Notes under the pieces: generated by a model
Seen by the model: the letters and a program-made list of their open reading frames with translations, nothing else
Databases searched by the model: none
What the model was told of the DNA's origin: nothing
In this document: one piece after another, positions 49,389 to 59,524 of the stretch
How positions within the stretch are numbered: the stretch's first letter is position 1
Layout: the number at the start of each line of letters is the position of its first letter
DNA from: Candidatus Marinacidobacterales bacterium
GTDB lineage: Bacteria > Acidobacteriota > Vicinamibacteria > Marinacidobacterales > DATDRI01
DNA: 64,000 nt
Assembly: GCA_965226495.1 (NCBI GenBank)
Contig: OZ245365.1
Span: 4,544,001 to 4,608,000 of the forward strand
Direction: 5' to 3'
Position numbers and translations under genes: made by a program

Positions 49389-51470
49389 CTATTCTTCCTC
49401 TTCTGTCTCCACTTCCCCGTCGAGCGTATATTTGTTGTACCACGACATCATGTAGAGCATGGTTCGCAAGTAGTTCGACGGTCTCGTTCCGGTTCCGTGA
49501 TACTGATCGTTGAAGCGCAACAAACGCGTCGGAACTCCTAGCATCTTGAGCGCAGCGTAGTACTCTTCGGACTGTGCCATTGGCGTCCGCATATCCTGTT
49601 CCCCGGTCATGATTGCAGTAGGCGTCTTAACGTTACCCACGTACATCAGTGTGGAATGACGCAACCAGTCTGACGGATCTTCCCAGAACGGCTTTTGAAA
49701 GAATGAGAACGTGAACTGCGGAATATCGGTTGTCCCGGCCATACTCAGCCAGTTGGTAACCGGACAACGCACTGCGGCCGCAGCGAATCGATCCGTGTGG
49801 CCGATCACCCAGCTCGACAATACGCCACCACCACTACAACCACCGACATACATGCGCTTTTCGTCGATGTAACCCTGTTCGATAACAGCATCGACACCGC
49901 CCATCAGATCAAGGTAATCGACACTGGGATATGCATGATCGATCGCTTGAGAAAATTCCTCGCCGTATCCGGTGCTGCCGCGCGGATTCGTGAACAACAC
50001 GACAAACCCGTTAGCTGCAAAAACCTGGTACTGAAAATTGAAGCGGCCGACATACATGCCAAACGGACCGCCATGGATTTCCATCAGCAGGGGATACTTT
50101 TCATTCGGGTCGAAATTCGGTGGCCTCACAATCCAGCCGTGCGCGGAATTGCCGTCCGATGCCTCAAACCAGATCTCTTCATGATCGCCAAGGGATTTGT
50201 CGCCCAGGAGATCACTGTTTACCGAGGTCAGCTTCTCGGGGGCACTACGACCGTCGAGCAAAAACGAATGCACATCCCCGGGTTCGTGAAATGAGCTCCT
50301 GATCCCGACGCCCACGCTGGTCGTACGGTTTGTTGACTGCAGACCAATGGCATGTTGGCCCTCGGTAACGGCCCGCACATCTCCATTCAGATTGGCGAAG
50401 AATACATTAATGTAGCCTTCATCCTGCGCAGTAAAGTACACACCACGATTGTTGTTTGCCCAGATCAGGTTATTTGCGGGTCGATCGTAATCGGCAGCCA
50501 CCAACCTGGCATTGCTGCCATCGCTACCCATAACGTGGATTCGTTGCATTTCGTAAGTGACATCCGACTCTGCATATCCGGTATATGCGATTTGCCTGCC
50601 GTCATTTGAAACTACAGGGTCCGACCAGTTGCCGGACTCGCTTGTCAGCTGTTCTATTTCCTTCGTTGCGACGTTGATCGAATAAATGTGCGAACGCTGA
50701 TACACAAGATCGGCGTCGGGCTCGTTCAGCCCATCAAATATGATCGTGTTGCCGTCGGGCATCCAGTTCAGACCGGCGCCTGAGAACAGGCCGTCGAACT
50801 GTGCTCCGACATTCCAGTCGCCTTCAGTCAACTGACGAGCCGTGCCTGATTCAGCGGGAACGACAAAAAGGTGGGTAAATCCAGGATCAGTGAATCCGAC
50901 CCTGTCCTGCCGGTAATGAAGCCGATCGAGAACACGTGGAGCCTTTGTCCACTCCGCGCCTTCCGGAACTGACGGCATATCGATGTCCCATTTGTCTTCC
51001 GCCGGCACAATTGCGACAAAGGCTATCTGGTTGCCGTCTGGTGACCACTTCGGCGAGGAAGGAGTAATTTCGATTCGCGTAACCTGCGATACGGCACCCT
51101 CATCGTTCATCCAGCGCACGAAAATCTGCGGCTTATCGTTGTCGCCTGGCGCAATGAAAAGGATGCGGTCACCACTCGGGGACCAGCGCGCATTGGAGCC
51201 TTCTCTCAAAAAGCGGTGTCGTGAGCCGTCCGCATCCATGATCCATAGGGTGGATGACCAACGATCCGACTTTTGATCTACCCACTGTCGCGTGTAGATA
51301 ATCTGGCGGCTGTCTGGCGATATTTGTGCGTCGTTGACCCGTTCAAAGTCCAGAAAATCTGCAACTTCAAGATAGTTCTCATCCTGCCCGACTGCGATTT
51401 CGGACACCCCGAAAGCGATCAGCAACAGCACTGCAAAAAGCAGCACGTGTGGTGGCACTAGTGATTTCAT
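49389..51470 (-). CDS. S9-family (prolyl oligopeptidase/acylaminoacyl) peptidase
   Basis: Signal peptide; beta-propeller; IHGGP; NPRGSTGYG; GCSGGG; GEQDMR; His. Confidence 0.95.
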   Translation of the reverse strand: MKSLVPPHVLLFAVLLLIAFGVSEIAVGQDENYLEVADFLDFERVNDAQISPDSRQIIYTRQWVDQKSDRWSSTLWIMDADGSRHRFLREGSNARWSPSGDRILFIAPGDNDKPQIFVRWMNDEGAVSQVTRIEITPSSPKWSPDGNQIAFVAIVPAEDKWDIDMPSVPEGAEWTKAPRVLDRLHYRQDRVGFTDPGFTHLFVVPAESGTARQLTEGDWNVGAQFDGLFSGAGLNWMPDGNTIIFDGLNEPDADLVYQRSHIYSINVATKEIEQLTSESGNWSDPVVSNDGRQIAYTGYAESDVTYEMQRIHVMGSDGSNARLVAADYDRPANNLIWANNNRGVYFTAQDEGYINVFFANLNGDVRAVTEGQHAIGLQSTNRTTSVGVGIRSSFHEPGDVHSFLLDGRSAPEKLTSVNSDLLGDKSLGDHEEIWFEASDGNSAHGWIVRPPNFDPNEKYPLLMEIHGGPFGMYVGRFNFQYQVFAANGFVVLFTNPRGSTGYGEEFSQAIDHAYPSVDYLDLMGGVDAVIEQGYIDEKRMYVGGCSGGGVLSSWVIGHTDRFAAAAVRCPVTNWLSMAGTTDIPQFTFSFFQKPFWEDPSDWLRHSTLMYVGNVKTPTAIMTGEQDMRTPMAQSEEYYAALKMLGVPTRLLRFNDQYHGTGTRPSNYLRTMLYMMSWYNKYTLDGEVETEEEE

Positions 51471-51617
51471 GGGATTCTCTTTCTATTTCCTATTTTGAAT
51501 TCTTGTTGGGCCCGTAACCGATGCGCCTGTACGCAGCGTTTCGGGCGACGATAGCATTACGACCGCGTCGATTTCCGGCGATGAGCGACGGCCAAATACT
51601 GAGGCACCAGGGGGACG

Positions 51618-51789
51618 GCAATGCGTCCGCAATCTCGATGGCGTGGCGAAAGTGAGACGGAAGGACTTTGATGGCGACTGTGCGATCGAGGCGAGTGTCT
51701 TTGGCCTTGTAAACCTCACCCATGCCACCTGCTCCGAGAGGAGCCAGGATTTCATAGGAACCAAGGCGCTCGCCAGCGTTAAGAGCCAC
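51618..51789 (-). pseudogene. STK 5' stub with internal deletion
   Basis: [46 protein letters not shown] jumps directly to [10 protein letters not shown]. Confidence 0.88.
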
Positions 51790-51793
51790 TAAC

Positions 51794-51827
51794 CCCTCAC
51801 CCTACCCTCTCCCAAAAGCGGAGAGGG
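51794..51827. repeat. BoxC-like element, copy 2
   Basis: ccctcaccctaccctctcccaaaagcggagaggg. Confidence 0.75.
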
Positions 51828-51858
51828 AATAAAGGAAGGAAGCCATCTTCGTTGTGGT

Positions 51859-51889
51859 GAAAATAGTCCCGAACAGGTTGAAAAGTCAA
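51859..51889 (-). promoter_or_regulatory. Repeated sigma70-like promoter module, copy 6
   Basis: gaaaatagtcccgaacaggttgaaaagtcaa. Confidence 0.7.
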
Positions 51890-51905
51890 TGGGGCGACAG
51901 CCTAG

Positions 51906-51940
51906 GGCGAGGCAAACGCATCCTGTCCCCGCCACCAACT
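51906..51940 (+). repeat. Degenerate tRNA-fMet 3' end, copy 5, with the tail of the same hairpin insert
   Basis: ggcgaggcaaacgcatcctgtccccgccaccaact versus 48970 ggcgaggcgagcgcatcctgctcccgccaccaact. Confidence 0.8.
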
Positions 51941-54402
51941 TCCTCGTTCCGGCCGCGGGTTCTCTCTAACTTTCGCCCTCCGTGCCATCGTCCTTCGGGA
52001 ACAGCGTCTAAGGAACAGCGTCTGAAGCATCAGGTGCGTTCGATTTCTCCAGCTCGACCAGCCAGACCCGTCATGAAATTCGCCGCCGACGTAGGCATAG
52101 CCCTTTTGCTCTAGCGTCTCCGCAAAAGCCAGGCCGTCACCTCTGGTATCCCACCCTTCTTTCTCGCTCTTGGTGTCATACTTGGTCCAGTCGAGATAAA
52201 TGGTGAGCGGTTGCCTCCCTGGACTAGACATGAGGGCTGAATTCTGCTCCCGATAGCCATTCTCCCAAACGATGGATTGCAGTCCGAGCTTGCCAAACAT
52301 CCCCGGATGCTTCACCGCGGTATAGAAGCTCATAAAAGCTGTCTCTGCGGAACCGACTAGCGCCCTCGAGCCGGCGCCGTCCGATACTGGGTAGCGCCCC
52401 TCGACCAGCGGAACGATCTCCTCGACCAGCACCTTCTCGTAGAGATCCTTCTGTGCGCCAGCGTAGGTTTGATAAAAAGTTCGATAGCTGTAGCCACCGT
52501 CGTCCTGCTCGCCTGGAATCGGAATGAAAACGACGAGGATCGGCTCGATGCTATGGCCGACCAAGTTGTCGAGGGTGTTCGTAAATCTACCAAGCTGGAT
52601 CGCCTGGTTGCCGTTGTGTACGTAGGCCACGGGGTATTCTCTGTCGGGCTGGTAGCCGCGTGGCAAGTAGATTTTGAGCGGCAGGCCCATGTCCAGGTAT
52701 CGGCTCTCGAGCGCAACCTCCTCGAGCCGGCCGCGCGATTCGGCAGGGGGCTCCTCGAGATGGATCGGTGCGACCCATTCGGGCATGGCCATATAGGACA
52801 TCGTGTCTTCGTAAAAGACGAGGGTTTCCATAGGATTCCGCGGATCTTGCAAACGAGTTTCGAAATCCCGAATGAAGCCGTAATCGACGCGGGCGTCGGA
52901 CTCCAAGCGCACCGAGTAGTAGAAGAAATCGGTTTCCTCGACCCGGTTCATCGGGCGGTCCGTTCGTGCGCCGAAAAGATCGCTGAAGAGTGCCATATCC
53001 TCGCCGACTCCCCGGTAAACGAAGTGCACCATGTCGTTCCCTTCGACAATCGGAAACTGCGGTTGGGTTGCCAGGAACTCGTCGAGCAAGATTGTCTTTT
53101 GGTCGGAGGCCTCGACGCTAGCGATGAAACGTCCGAACTCCGATTCGGAGATGGCTCCTTGTTGCTCCCGGTCGAGGGTCATCCGTTCGTCCACATCGAC
53201 GACGTCGACGCGGGCCCATTCCCCCATGCTGCGAAGATAAAGGCTCCCATTGGCGAAGCTGGCCGGCGTCCACACCAGGTCGTCAAAGAGGTGAACGCGG
53301 GCAATCTCCTTGTATCCTTCGGGGGATGCTGGAGCCATGCTGAGATCTCCGTCCTTGGTGACGATCACCAGATGGCCGTCGAGCAGAATCGGGAAGCCGT
53401 CGCCCGGCGGCCGTGACTTCCAGACGAGCTCGCCCTCCTCTTCGCTGACCGCGCTCAGAATACGGCTGTTGTAGCCGTAGAAATAGCCCTCGTGATAGAC
53501 AGGAACAACGTAGGTGTTCTTGATGTGGCGACTCTGCCAGGCTTCCCTAGCGCCGGGCTGGTCTCCACCGTTCAGCTCGAAGAGCTTCGAGCTTCCGTGG
53601 TGATTATTGATGAAGACGAGGTCGCCGGAGCCTTTGACGATGTTGGTGCTCCGGCTGCCGATGTCCCTTGTGTCGCCGCCATGCTCCACGGTCCAGAGCA
53701 ACTCGCCTGAGGCGGGATCGAGCCCGAGCAACTTTTCATTTCCGATGCCCAGCAAAAGCGGCCGACCTTCTACTGTCGTCAGTATCGGCGACTGGTAGTC
53801 GATCGAATCGTCGCCCGCCGTCCAGCGCACGTTACCGCTTGCGGCCTCGAACGCCGTGATCGCCTTCCCCTTCGGTCCCCCGGTTTCGACAATGACGGTG
53901 TCGCCGAACGGGATCGGCGCGCTGGCGAAGCCGTAGAAGGGAACCACGGACTCCCGATCGTTGGGCAGGCTTAAAGACCACAGCTCCTGCCCGGTCTCGA
54001 AATCGAAGGAGAAGAATTGTCCCGAGGTATCCAGCACAAAGACGCGCCCGTCGGCGATCATGGGTGTAGAGATAGGGCCGTCCCGCGAGCCCCAGTGGCC
54101 GGGATAACGCGGCCCGAGCCTGGATCGCCACAGCTCTTCTCCACTCTCGGCGTCGAAGGCGGCAACATAATCAGAGGTCGCGTCCGCAAACATGGTTACG
54201 GCGACACCATCCACCACTGAGATCGCGGAGTAGCCAGAGCCGAGCGGCCTCTTCCAAACGACGTTCAACCGATAGTTCTCGCCGGGCTGCAGTTTCCTCG
54301 TTCCAGTGGCGGTCAGATCCATGTTGACGCCCCCCTCCGTGCCAACATGCTTGAGACACTCCGCCCCTTGAAATTAGTGTGGAAGGCGGAGGAGGATCAT
54401 GA

Positions 54403-54870
54403 ATGAGTCTGTTGACTGAGAAGACGAACTTGGCGGGGTCGGAAGGAGCCGGAAGGGCGACTGTAGAGCCCGCCCGCCGCGAAGCAGTGGTGGCCCCGGA
54501 TCCCGAAGTGAGTGAACAAGCGAAGCGTCGACGCTTTACCGCGGAGTACAAGCTGCGGATACTGCGTGAAGCGGATGCCTGCAAGGGCGATGGCGATGTG
54601 GGAGCGCTTCTGCGTCGAGAAGGACTGTACTCGTCGCTCCTGTCGAGTTGGCGTCGCCAGCGGGATGAGATTGCGGGGGTCGGGCTCGCCGCAATCAAGC
54701 GGGGACGAAAGGGCAAGGTCGAGGATCCTCGAGTCAAGGAACTCGCGCGCGAGAACACGCGACTGAAGCGTCGCCTCGCTCGGGTGGAGACGATGCTCGA
54801 GATCCAAAAAAAAGCCTCCGAGCTCCTGGGGATCCCCCTGAATCCGCCCGACAGCGACGAGAACGATTGA
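54403..54870 (+). CDS. IS3 transposase OrfA
   Basis: RRRFTAEYKLRIL...LLRREGLYSS HTH; A8G slippery run at 54806-54814. Confidence 0.93.
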   Translation: MSLLTEKTNLAGSEGAGRATVEPARREAVVAPDPEVSEQAKRRRFTAEYKLRILREADACKGDGDVGALLRREGLYSSLLSSWRRQRDEIAGVGLAAIKRGRKGKVEDPRVKELARENTRLKRRLARVETMLEIQKKASELLGIPLNPPDSDEND

Positions 54871-56006
54871 TGGCGGCGGCCGAGGAGCTGGCGGGACGGA
54901 TTGGACAGACAGCGGAAGCGTGTGAGGCCCTGGGAGTCGTTCGTTCTACGCTGTATCGTCGTCGTCGGCCGGTGACGTCCAGACCGAAGCGTCGCCCTCG
55001 GCCCCACCGAGCCCTTGGCGAAACCGAGCGAGAGCAGGTGCTCGGCGCCTTGCACTCCGAGCAGTTTGTCGACAAGGCGCCCGCCGAAATGTGGGCCACG
55101 CTTCTGGACGAGGGAACCTACTACTGCTCGATCCGCACGATGTATCGGATATTGTCGGAGCACGGAGAAGTCCGAGAACGCCGGAACCAGCTGCGCCATC
55201 CGAACTACCGCAAGCCGGAGCTGTTGGCCGAAACCCCGAACCAGGTTTGGTCGTGGGACATCACGAAACTTCGTGGTCCGGTCAAGTGGACCTACTACTA
55301 CCTCTACGTCATCCTGGACATCTTCTCCCGCTACGTGACGGGCTGGATGCTGGCTCACCGAGAAAGCGCCGAGCTCGCTCGTCGTCTCATCGGCGAGAGC
55401 TGTCGCAAGCAAGGCATTGAACCAGGCCAGCTCACCATCCACGCGGATCGGGGCAGCTCGATGCGAAGCAAGTCCGTCGCCTTGCTCCTGGCCGATCTCG
55501 GCGTGACCAAGACTCACTCCCGACCTCACGTCTCGAACGACAATCCCTACTCCGAGTCTCAGTTCAAGACGCTGAAGTATTGCCCCCAGTTCCCGCGTCG
55601 TTTCGGCTCCATCGAAGATGCTCGCCTGTTCTCCCGCAACTTCTTCGACTACTACAACTACGAACACCGGCACTCGGGAATCGGTCTCATGACACCGGCC
55701 GTCGTTCATCAGGGTCGCGCCGAACAACTCAACGCGGCTCGCCGACACACGCTCCTCGCCGCTCATCGGGCTCATCCCGAACGCTTCGTCCGTGGAAGAC
55801 CTCAACCCCCTGTTTTGCCGTCTCAGGCTTGGATCAACCCTCCACCTGAGAAAAAGACGCGCGAGGATCGCCTAGGAACCACTTTCTCCGGGTGGTCCAT
55901 ACCTGGGGTCCCCCCTTTTTCCGCTCCACGTAACGAGATCTCGATCCAGGCAGACGTGGACAAAAACCACGTCACGAGCCTCCTGACACCAATCGAGGCT
56001 CACTAA
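54867..56006 (+). CDS. IS3 transposase OrfB (DDE)
   Basis: PNQVWSWDIT, DIFSRY, HADRGS, DNPYSESQFKTLKY. Confidence 0.95.
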   Translation: MMAAAEELAGRIGQTAEACEALGVVRSTLYRRRRPVTSRPKRRPRPHRALGETEREQVLGALHSEQFVDKAPAEMWATLLDEGTYYCSIRTMYRILSEHGEVRERRNQLRHPNYRKPELLAETPNQVWSWDITKLRGPVKWTYYYLYVILDIFSRYVTGWMLAHRESAELARRLIGESCRKQGIEPGQLTIHADRGSSMRSKSVALLLADLGVTKTHSRPHVSNDNPYSESQFKTLKYCPQFPRRFGSIEDARLFSRNFFDYYNYEHRHSGIGLMTPAVVHQGRAEQLNAARRHTLLAAHRAHPERFVRGRPQPPVLPSQAWINPPPEKKTREDRLGTTFSGWSIPGVPPFSAPRNEISIQADVDKNHVTSLLTPIEAH

Positions 56007-56193
56007 ATGCAAGCTCCCGGGTGTCTCAATGTTGTTGACACGCTCCGCCCCGCCAGACGGGCCAGTCTCTTTCAGTATGTTGGGCGGAGGCTAGAGGCGA
56101 GACCGCAAAGGCCAAAGCGAGCGAAGCCAGAATGGTTGTCCTTCGTCGAAGATGGCAAACGCGCCGTTTCATCAGCACCTCCTTGATCAGTGT

Positions 56194-56224
56194 GAAAATA
56201 GCTCCGCACAGGCTGAAGAGTCAA
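56194..56224 (-). promoter_or_regulatory. Repeated sigma70-like promoter module, copy 7
   Basis: gaaaatagctccgcacaggctgaagagtcaa, 21 bp upstream of ATG 56172. Confidence 0.7.
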
Positions 56225-56343
56225 AGGGGTCCTCTGTCCCCAGACTCCACATGAAACCCAAGCACGTTTTCAGCTTCTTTGTTCAGCACGTCGGTCGCTG
56301 CAATTGATGAGTTCTCGAGTCCACGAACCTCTCACGAAGCCAT

Positions 56344-59214
56344 CTATTTCGCCGTCACCGGCCCAAGATAACGGTCGAGCCAATCCAAGGTCTCCCGGAT
56401 AATCTCGTTCCTGTCGGAAGGGATGTGTCCTCCTTCGAGACGGGCGTGGCGCTTGTCAGCCTCGGGGGCACCCAGCAGGCGAAAGAGTGGAAGCTGGGAA
56501 GCCTCGAAGGCATAGAGGTGGTCGTCGCGGCCGTTGATCATGAGCGTGGGGACGCGGGACCGGGGGGCGAAATTGACTAACTCCATCTCGGGTGGCACCT
56601 TCCTCCATAGGCCGCCCGCAAGGAGCACGCTCGCCTTGAACCGCGGGTCGATGGCGGTGAAAATGGGTCCGTAGACGGATCCAGTGCTGAAGCTGTAGTA
56701 AGCGAGCCTCTCGCTGTCGATGTCATCCCGCGCCTCCAGGTAATCGAGTGTCCGGCCGACGTCCTTGGACCACTGGATCGTCAGGTCCCGCCATGCGTTG
56801 GGCTCGAAGGGGGGGAACGTCACGAAGCGCTCGTACATGCCCTTGTAAACGGGGTAGACGAGGGCCCGCCCGCTTCGTGGGATGAAATCGAAGAGGAACT
56901 CCGAAGCCAGGCTCTTGCTGGACGGGAGAAAGAAAGCGTCGTCGCCGGGAAACCAGATCACCGTCTGGTAGGGCGGTACGGCGTTGCGCGGCAGAAACAG
57001 GTAGGCGGTAACCCGCTCGTTTCCGTACGCCGCATCGAACGAGACCGTCTCCTTTCGCCAGTAGGGCGAACTGTCGTCCACGGCCTCGACTTCCGCTTCG
57101 AGGTCGGTCGGGTCGTAGGCATACATGCGGCTATAGGCCTCGAAGACCTCCTGGGCGACCGGCTCCTCCTTGCCGTAGTCGAAGGCATTCGCCGGGCTCA
57201 GCAAGGCCTTTTCGAGAGGGGCGTTGAACTTGGCGCATCGGAAGCCGTAGGTCGCCGACCGCTCGAACGGTAACTGTGCGTCAGGGGACTGCTTGAACAT
57301 GTAGGGTGGGTTGCCCCAAGACCCGCCGAGGATGTAGCGCTTGCTGGCCGTGGCGTTCCAGCACCATTCCTTGACGTTGCCGGCCATGTCGTACGTCCCG
57401 TAGTCGCCGAGTCCGGGGTGGCTCCCCACCGGCGCCGGGCCCTCTGTCCCGAAGTTGCTGAACCGAACGATGTCGGAGAGCTGGTCCTGGGCAGCAGCCT
57501 TGTACCAGTGGTAGATCGTCGGGAGGCTCTTGCCGACGAACGCGCAGTAAGCGGCCGCCTCGTACCAACTCACGCCGCCGACCGGAAAGCTGTCCTGCCC
57601 CTCGGCGTAGGTGCCAAGCTGCCAGGTGGCTGGACCCGGCCGTCCCGTTGCGTCGCGGAACGAGGCCATAGCCTCCTCCCACGACAACTCCATCCCGTCT
57701 TCGAGGAACGGCTCGGTCCAGTGCCCGGGGTTCTGGTACCCACCCCCGTCTACGAACTCTTGGTATTGCCGATTTGTGACTTCGAACCGGTCGAGGTAGT
57801 AGTCGCCAGGGTCGAGGTTGGGCAGGTCCGGCCGAGTCAGCGGCCCGCCGGGCACCCGGACCATGCCATCCGGTCGCGCGCCGGCAGCATCGAGGGGAAA
57901 CCCCGCCGCGAATGCGCGAAAAGGGTCCCCGAATGGGGCGCCTTCGAACGTCTCGAATCCCTCCTTGCTGATTCTCCAGCGCATTAGGGCGTAAGGGACG
58001 CGGACGCCTGCGAGCGGGGTCTGGCCCAGATGCTCCCACTGCGCGTCCGGCGTCGCGTAGCCTTTGACGTAGACGTCCGCGCCTTCGGGTTTGGTGTTGA
58101 TGATCACCGGCAACGTGATGCGCTCTACCGTCTCTTGGATTTCAGCGTCTTCGGGAATGTAGCTCTTCGCTTCGAGGGCCACGCGGTAGGCTTCGTAGAG
58201 CTCGCCCTTTTCGATCAGCCCGTTGATCTCTCGGAGCGCGTCGCCTCGCGCCCATCGTGCGCGCGAACCAAGCAGCCACATCCATGACGCGCCCGCGAGC
58301 ATAGCGACGAGCACGGCGATGACGACCTTCTTTCGCGCTGAAATTCCCCTGGGTTCCGCGACGCGCTGCCCGGCAAGTCGGAGCTCGTCGCCTAGTTCGC
58401 TGGCCGACGGGTAGCGCTTCTCCGGGTTTTTATCGAGGCAACGTTCTACGATCCTCTCGAGCTCTTTGGGCAAGTCGCGTCGTAGGCTCCTCAGTGGAGA
58501 CGGTGTATCGCGCAGAATCGCGCTGATGACGGCAGCGACCGATGAGCCTTCGAACGGCCGCTGGCCGCAGAGAAGCTCGTAGAGCACCACGCCGAAGGAG
58601 AATTGGTCCGATCGGTGATCCAACGGACTGCCTGCCGCCTGCTCGGGCGACATGTAATACGCCGTGCCGACGATGACGCCCGCGGCCGTGGCCTTCGTCA
58701 CCGTCGCCACCTTGGAATCGCCACCCGCTCCGCGAGCAGTCGGCTTCGCAAGACCGAAGTCCAGGATCTTGACCAGACCGTCGTCGGTCACCATCACATT
58801 GTCGGGCTTGAGATCGCGATGGACGATACCTGCCGCGTGGGCCTTGCCCAGCCCATCGCAGATTTGAGTGGCGAGGGCAATCGTCTTCGCAACCGGGAGT
58901 GGACCATCCGCCAGGAGCTCCCGAAGCGTTCGTCCCTCGACGAGCTCCATCGCGATATAGGTCGTGCCCTCGTGCTCGGCGATGTCGTAAATCGTAACGA
59001 TGTTGGGATGGTTCAGAGCCGACGCGCTGCGGGCTTCCCGCTCGAACCTCTGGAGGCGCTCGGCGTCGGAGGCGAACTCCCTCGGCAGAACCTTGATGGC
59101 AACGTCCCGGCGGAGCTTAATGTGCTTGGCGCGGTAGACCTCACCCATGCCCCCGGCACCGAGAGGTGACAGGATTTCGTAGGGACCAAGACGCGTGCCA
59201 GCGTTAAGAGCCAC
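56344..59214 (-). CDS. Ser/Thr kinase - PEGA-like - FGE-sulfatase (CLec) - alpha/beta hydrolase multidomain protein
   Basis: Kinase motifs; FEVTNRQY, VSWYEAAAYC, DMAGNVKEW, GGSW, GFRC; SFSTG, NGRDD, GGH. Confidence 0.94.
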   Translation of the reverse strand: MALNAGTRLGPYEILSPLGAGGMGEVYRAKHIKLRRDVAIKVLPREFASDAERLQRFEREARSASALNHPNIVTIYDIAEHEGTTYIAMELVEGRTLRELLADGPLPVAKTIALATQICDGLGKAHAAGIVHRDLKPDNVMVTDDGLVKILDFGLAKPTARGAGGDSKVATVTKATAAGVIVGTAYYMSPEQAAGSPLDHRSDQFSFGVVLYELLCGQRPFEGSSVAAVISAILRDTPSPLRSLRRDLPKELERIVERCLDKNPEKRYPSASELGDELRLAGQRVAEPRGISARKKVVIAVLVAMLAGASWMWLLGSRARWARGDALREINGLIEKGELYEAYRVALEAKSYIPEDAEIQETVERITLPVIINTKPEGADVYVKGYATPDAQWEHLGQTPLAGVRVPYALMRWRISKEGFETFEGAPFGDPFRAFAAGFPLDAAGARPDGMVRVPGGPLTRPDLPNLDPGDYYLDRFEVTNRQYQEFVDGGGYQNPGHWTEPFLEDGMELSWEEAMASFRDATGRPGPATWQLGTYAEGQDSFPVGGVSWYEAAAYCAFVGKSLPTIYHWYKAAAQDQLSDIVRFSNFGTEGPAPVGSHPGLGDYGTYDMAGNVKEWCWNATASKRYILGGSWGNPPYMFKQSPDAQLPFERSATYGFRCAKFNAPLEKALLSPANAFDYGKEEPVAQEVFEAYSRMYAYDPTDLEAEVEAVDDSSPYWRKETVSFDAAYGNERVTAYLFLPRNAVPPYQTVIWFPGDDAFFLPSSKSLASEFLFDFIPRSGRALVYPVYKGMYERFVTFPPFEPNAWRDLTIQWSKDVGRTLDYLEARDDIDSERLAYYSFSTGSVYGPIFTAIDPRFKASVLLAGGLWRKVPPEMELVNFAPRSRVPTLMINGRDDHLYAFEASQLPLFRLLGAPEADKRHARLEGGHIPSDRNEIIRETLDWLDRYLGPVTAK

Positions 59215-59218
59215 TAAC

Positions 59219-59252
59219 CCCTCACCCTACCCTCTCCCCAAAGGGGAGAGAG
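59219..59252. repeat. BoxC-like element, copy 3
   Basis: ccctcaccctaccctctccccaaaggggagagag. Confidence 0.75.
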
Positions 59253-59283
59253 TATAAAGGAAGGAAGCCATCTTCGTTGTGGT

Positions 59284-59313
59284 GAAAATAATCCTGGACA
59301 GCTTGAAAGTCAA
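59284..59313 (-). promoter_or_regulatory. Repeated sigma70-like promoter module, copy 8
   Basis: gaaaataatcctggacagcttgaaagtcaa (17-bp spacer). Confidence 0.68.
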
Positions 59314-59355
59314 AGGCGGCTGGTAAGACTGGTTCCGCCCTAGCCGTTAGAGCAT

Positions 59356-59386
59356 GAAAATAGCCCTGCACAGGCCGAAAAGTCAA
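59356..59386 (-). promoter_or_regulatory. Repeated sigma70-like promoter module, copy 9
   Basis: gaaaatagccctgcacaggccgaaaagtcaa. Confidence 0.7.
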
Positions 59387-59429
59387 AGGGGACGACAGTT
59401 CGGGAGTTTAAGACTCGAGAGGATTCAAT

Positions 59430-59478
59430 TTGCCACACTGTGCGGGAATTGGTGACAACTCAGGGCTACTGAGAGCAA
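59430..59478 (+). repeat. Partial island right-end module
   Basis: ttgccacactgtgcgggaattggtgacaactcagggctactgagagcaa. Confidence 0.85.
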
Positions 59479-59524
59479 GACGGGCGGCGAGCCTTTGCAT
59501 CATTTCGGTTACACTGGGTGACGA

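Larger units (their letters stand above)
54340..56040 (+). mobile_element. IS3-family insertion sequence
   Basis: TIRs TGCCAACATGCTTGAGACAC / GTGTCTCAATGTTGTTGACA; CG on both flanks. Confidence 0.92.
51902..56172 (-). pseudogene. PQQ-like beta-propeller plus Fes-like esterase fusion, interrupted by IS3
   Basis: 5' part 56043-56172 (MKRRV...LASAQHTERDWPVWRGG) and 3' part 51902-54337. Removing the IS and one CG gives an in-frame WRGGAEGGVNMDLT. Confidence 0.85.

Noticed and set aside
54171-55805. 544-aa minus-strand ORF and other long antisense ORFs (for example 23338-24417, 13654-14571, 29204-30106)
   Set aside because: Shadow frames of well-supported genes in high-GC DNA, with no recognisable motifs.
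57230-57870. Diversity-generating retroelement target (FGE/CLec domain in a kinase)
   Set aside because: No reverse transcriptase, and I found no second copy of the GGSW...GFR region with adenine-specific mismatches in the window. The domain is also internal rather than C-terminal.
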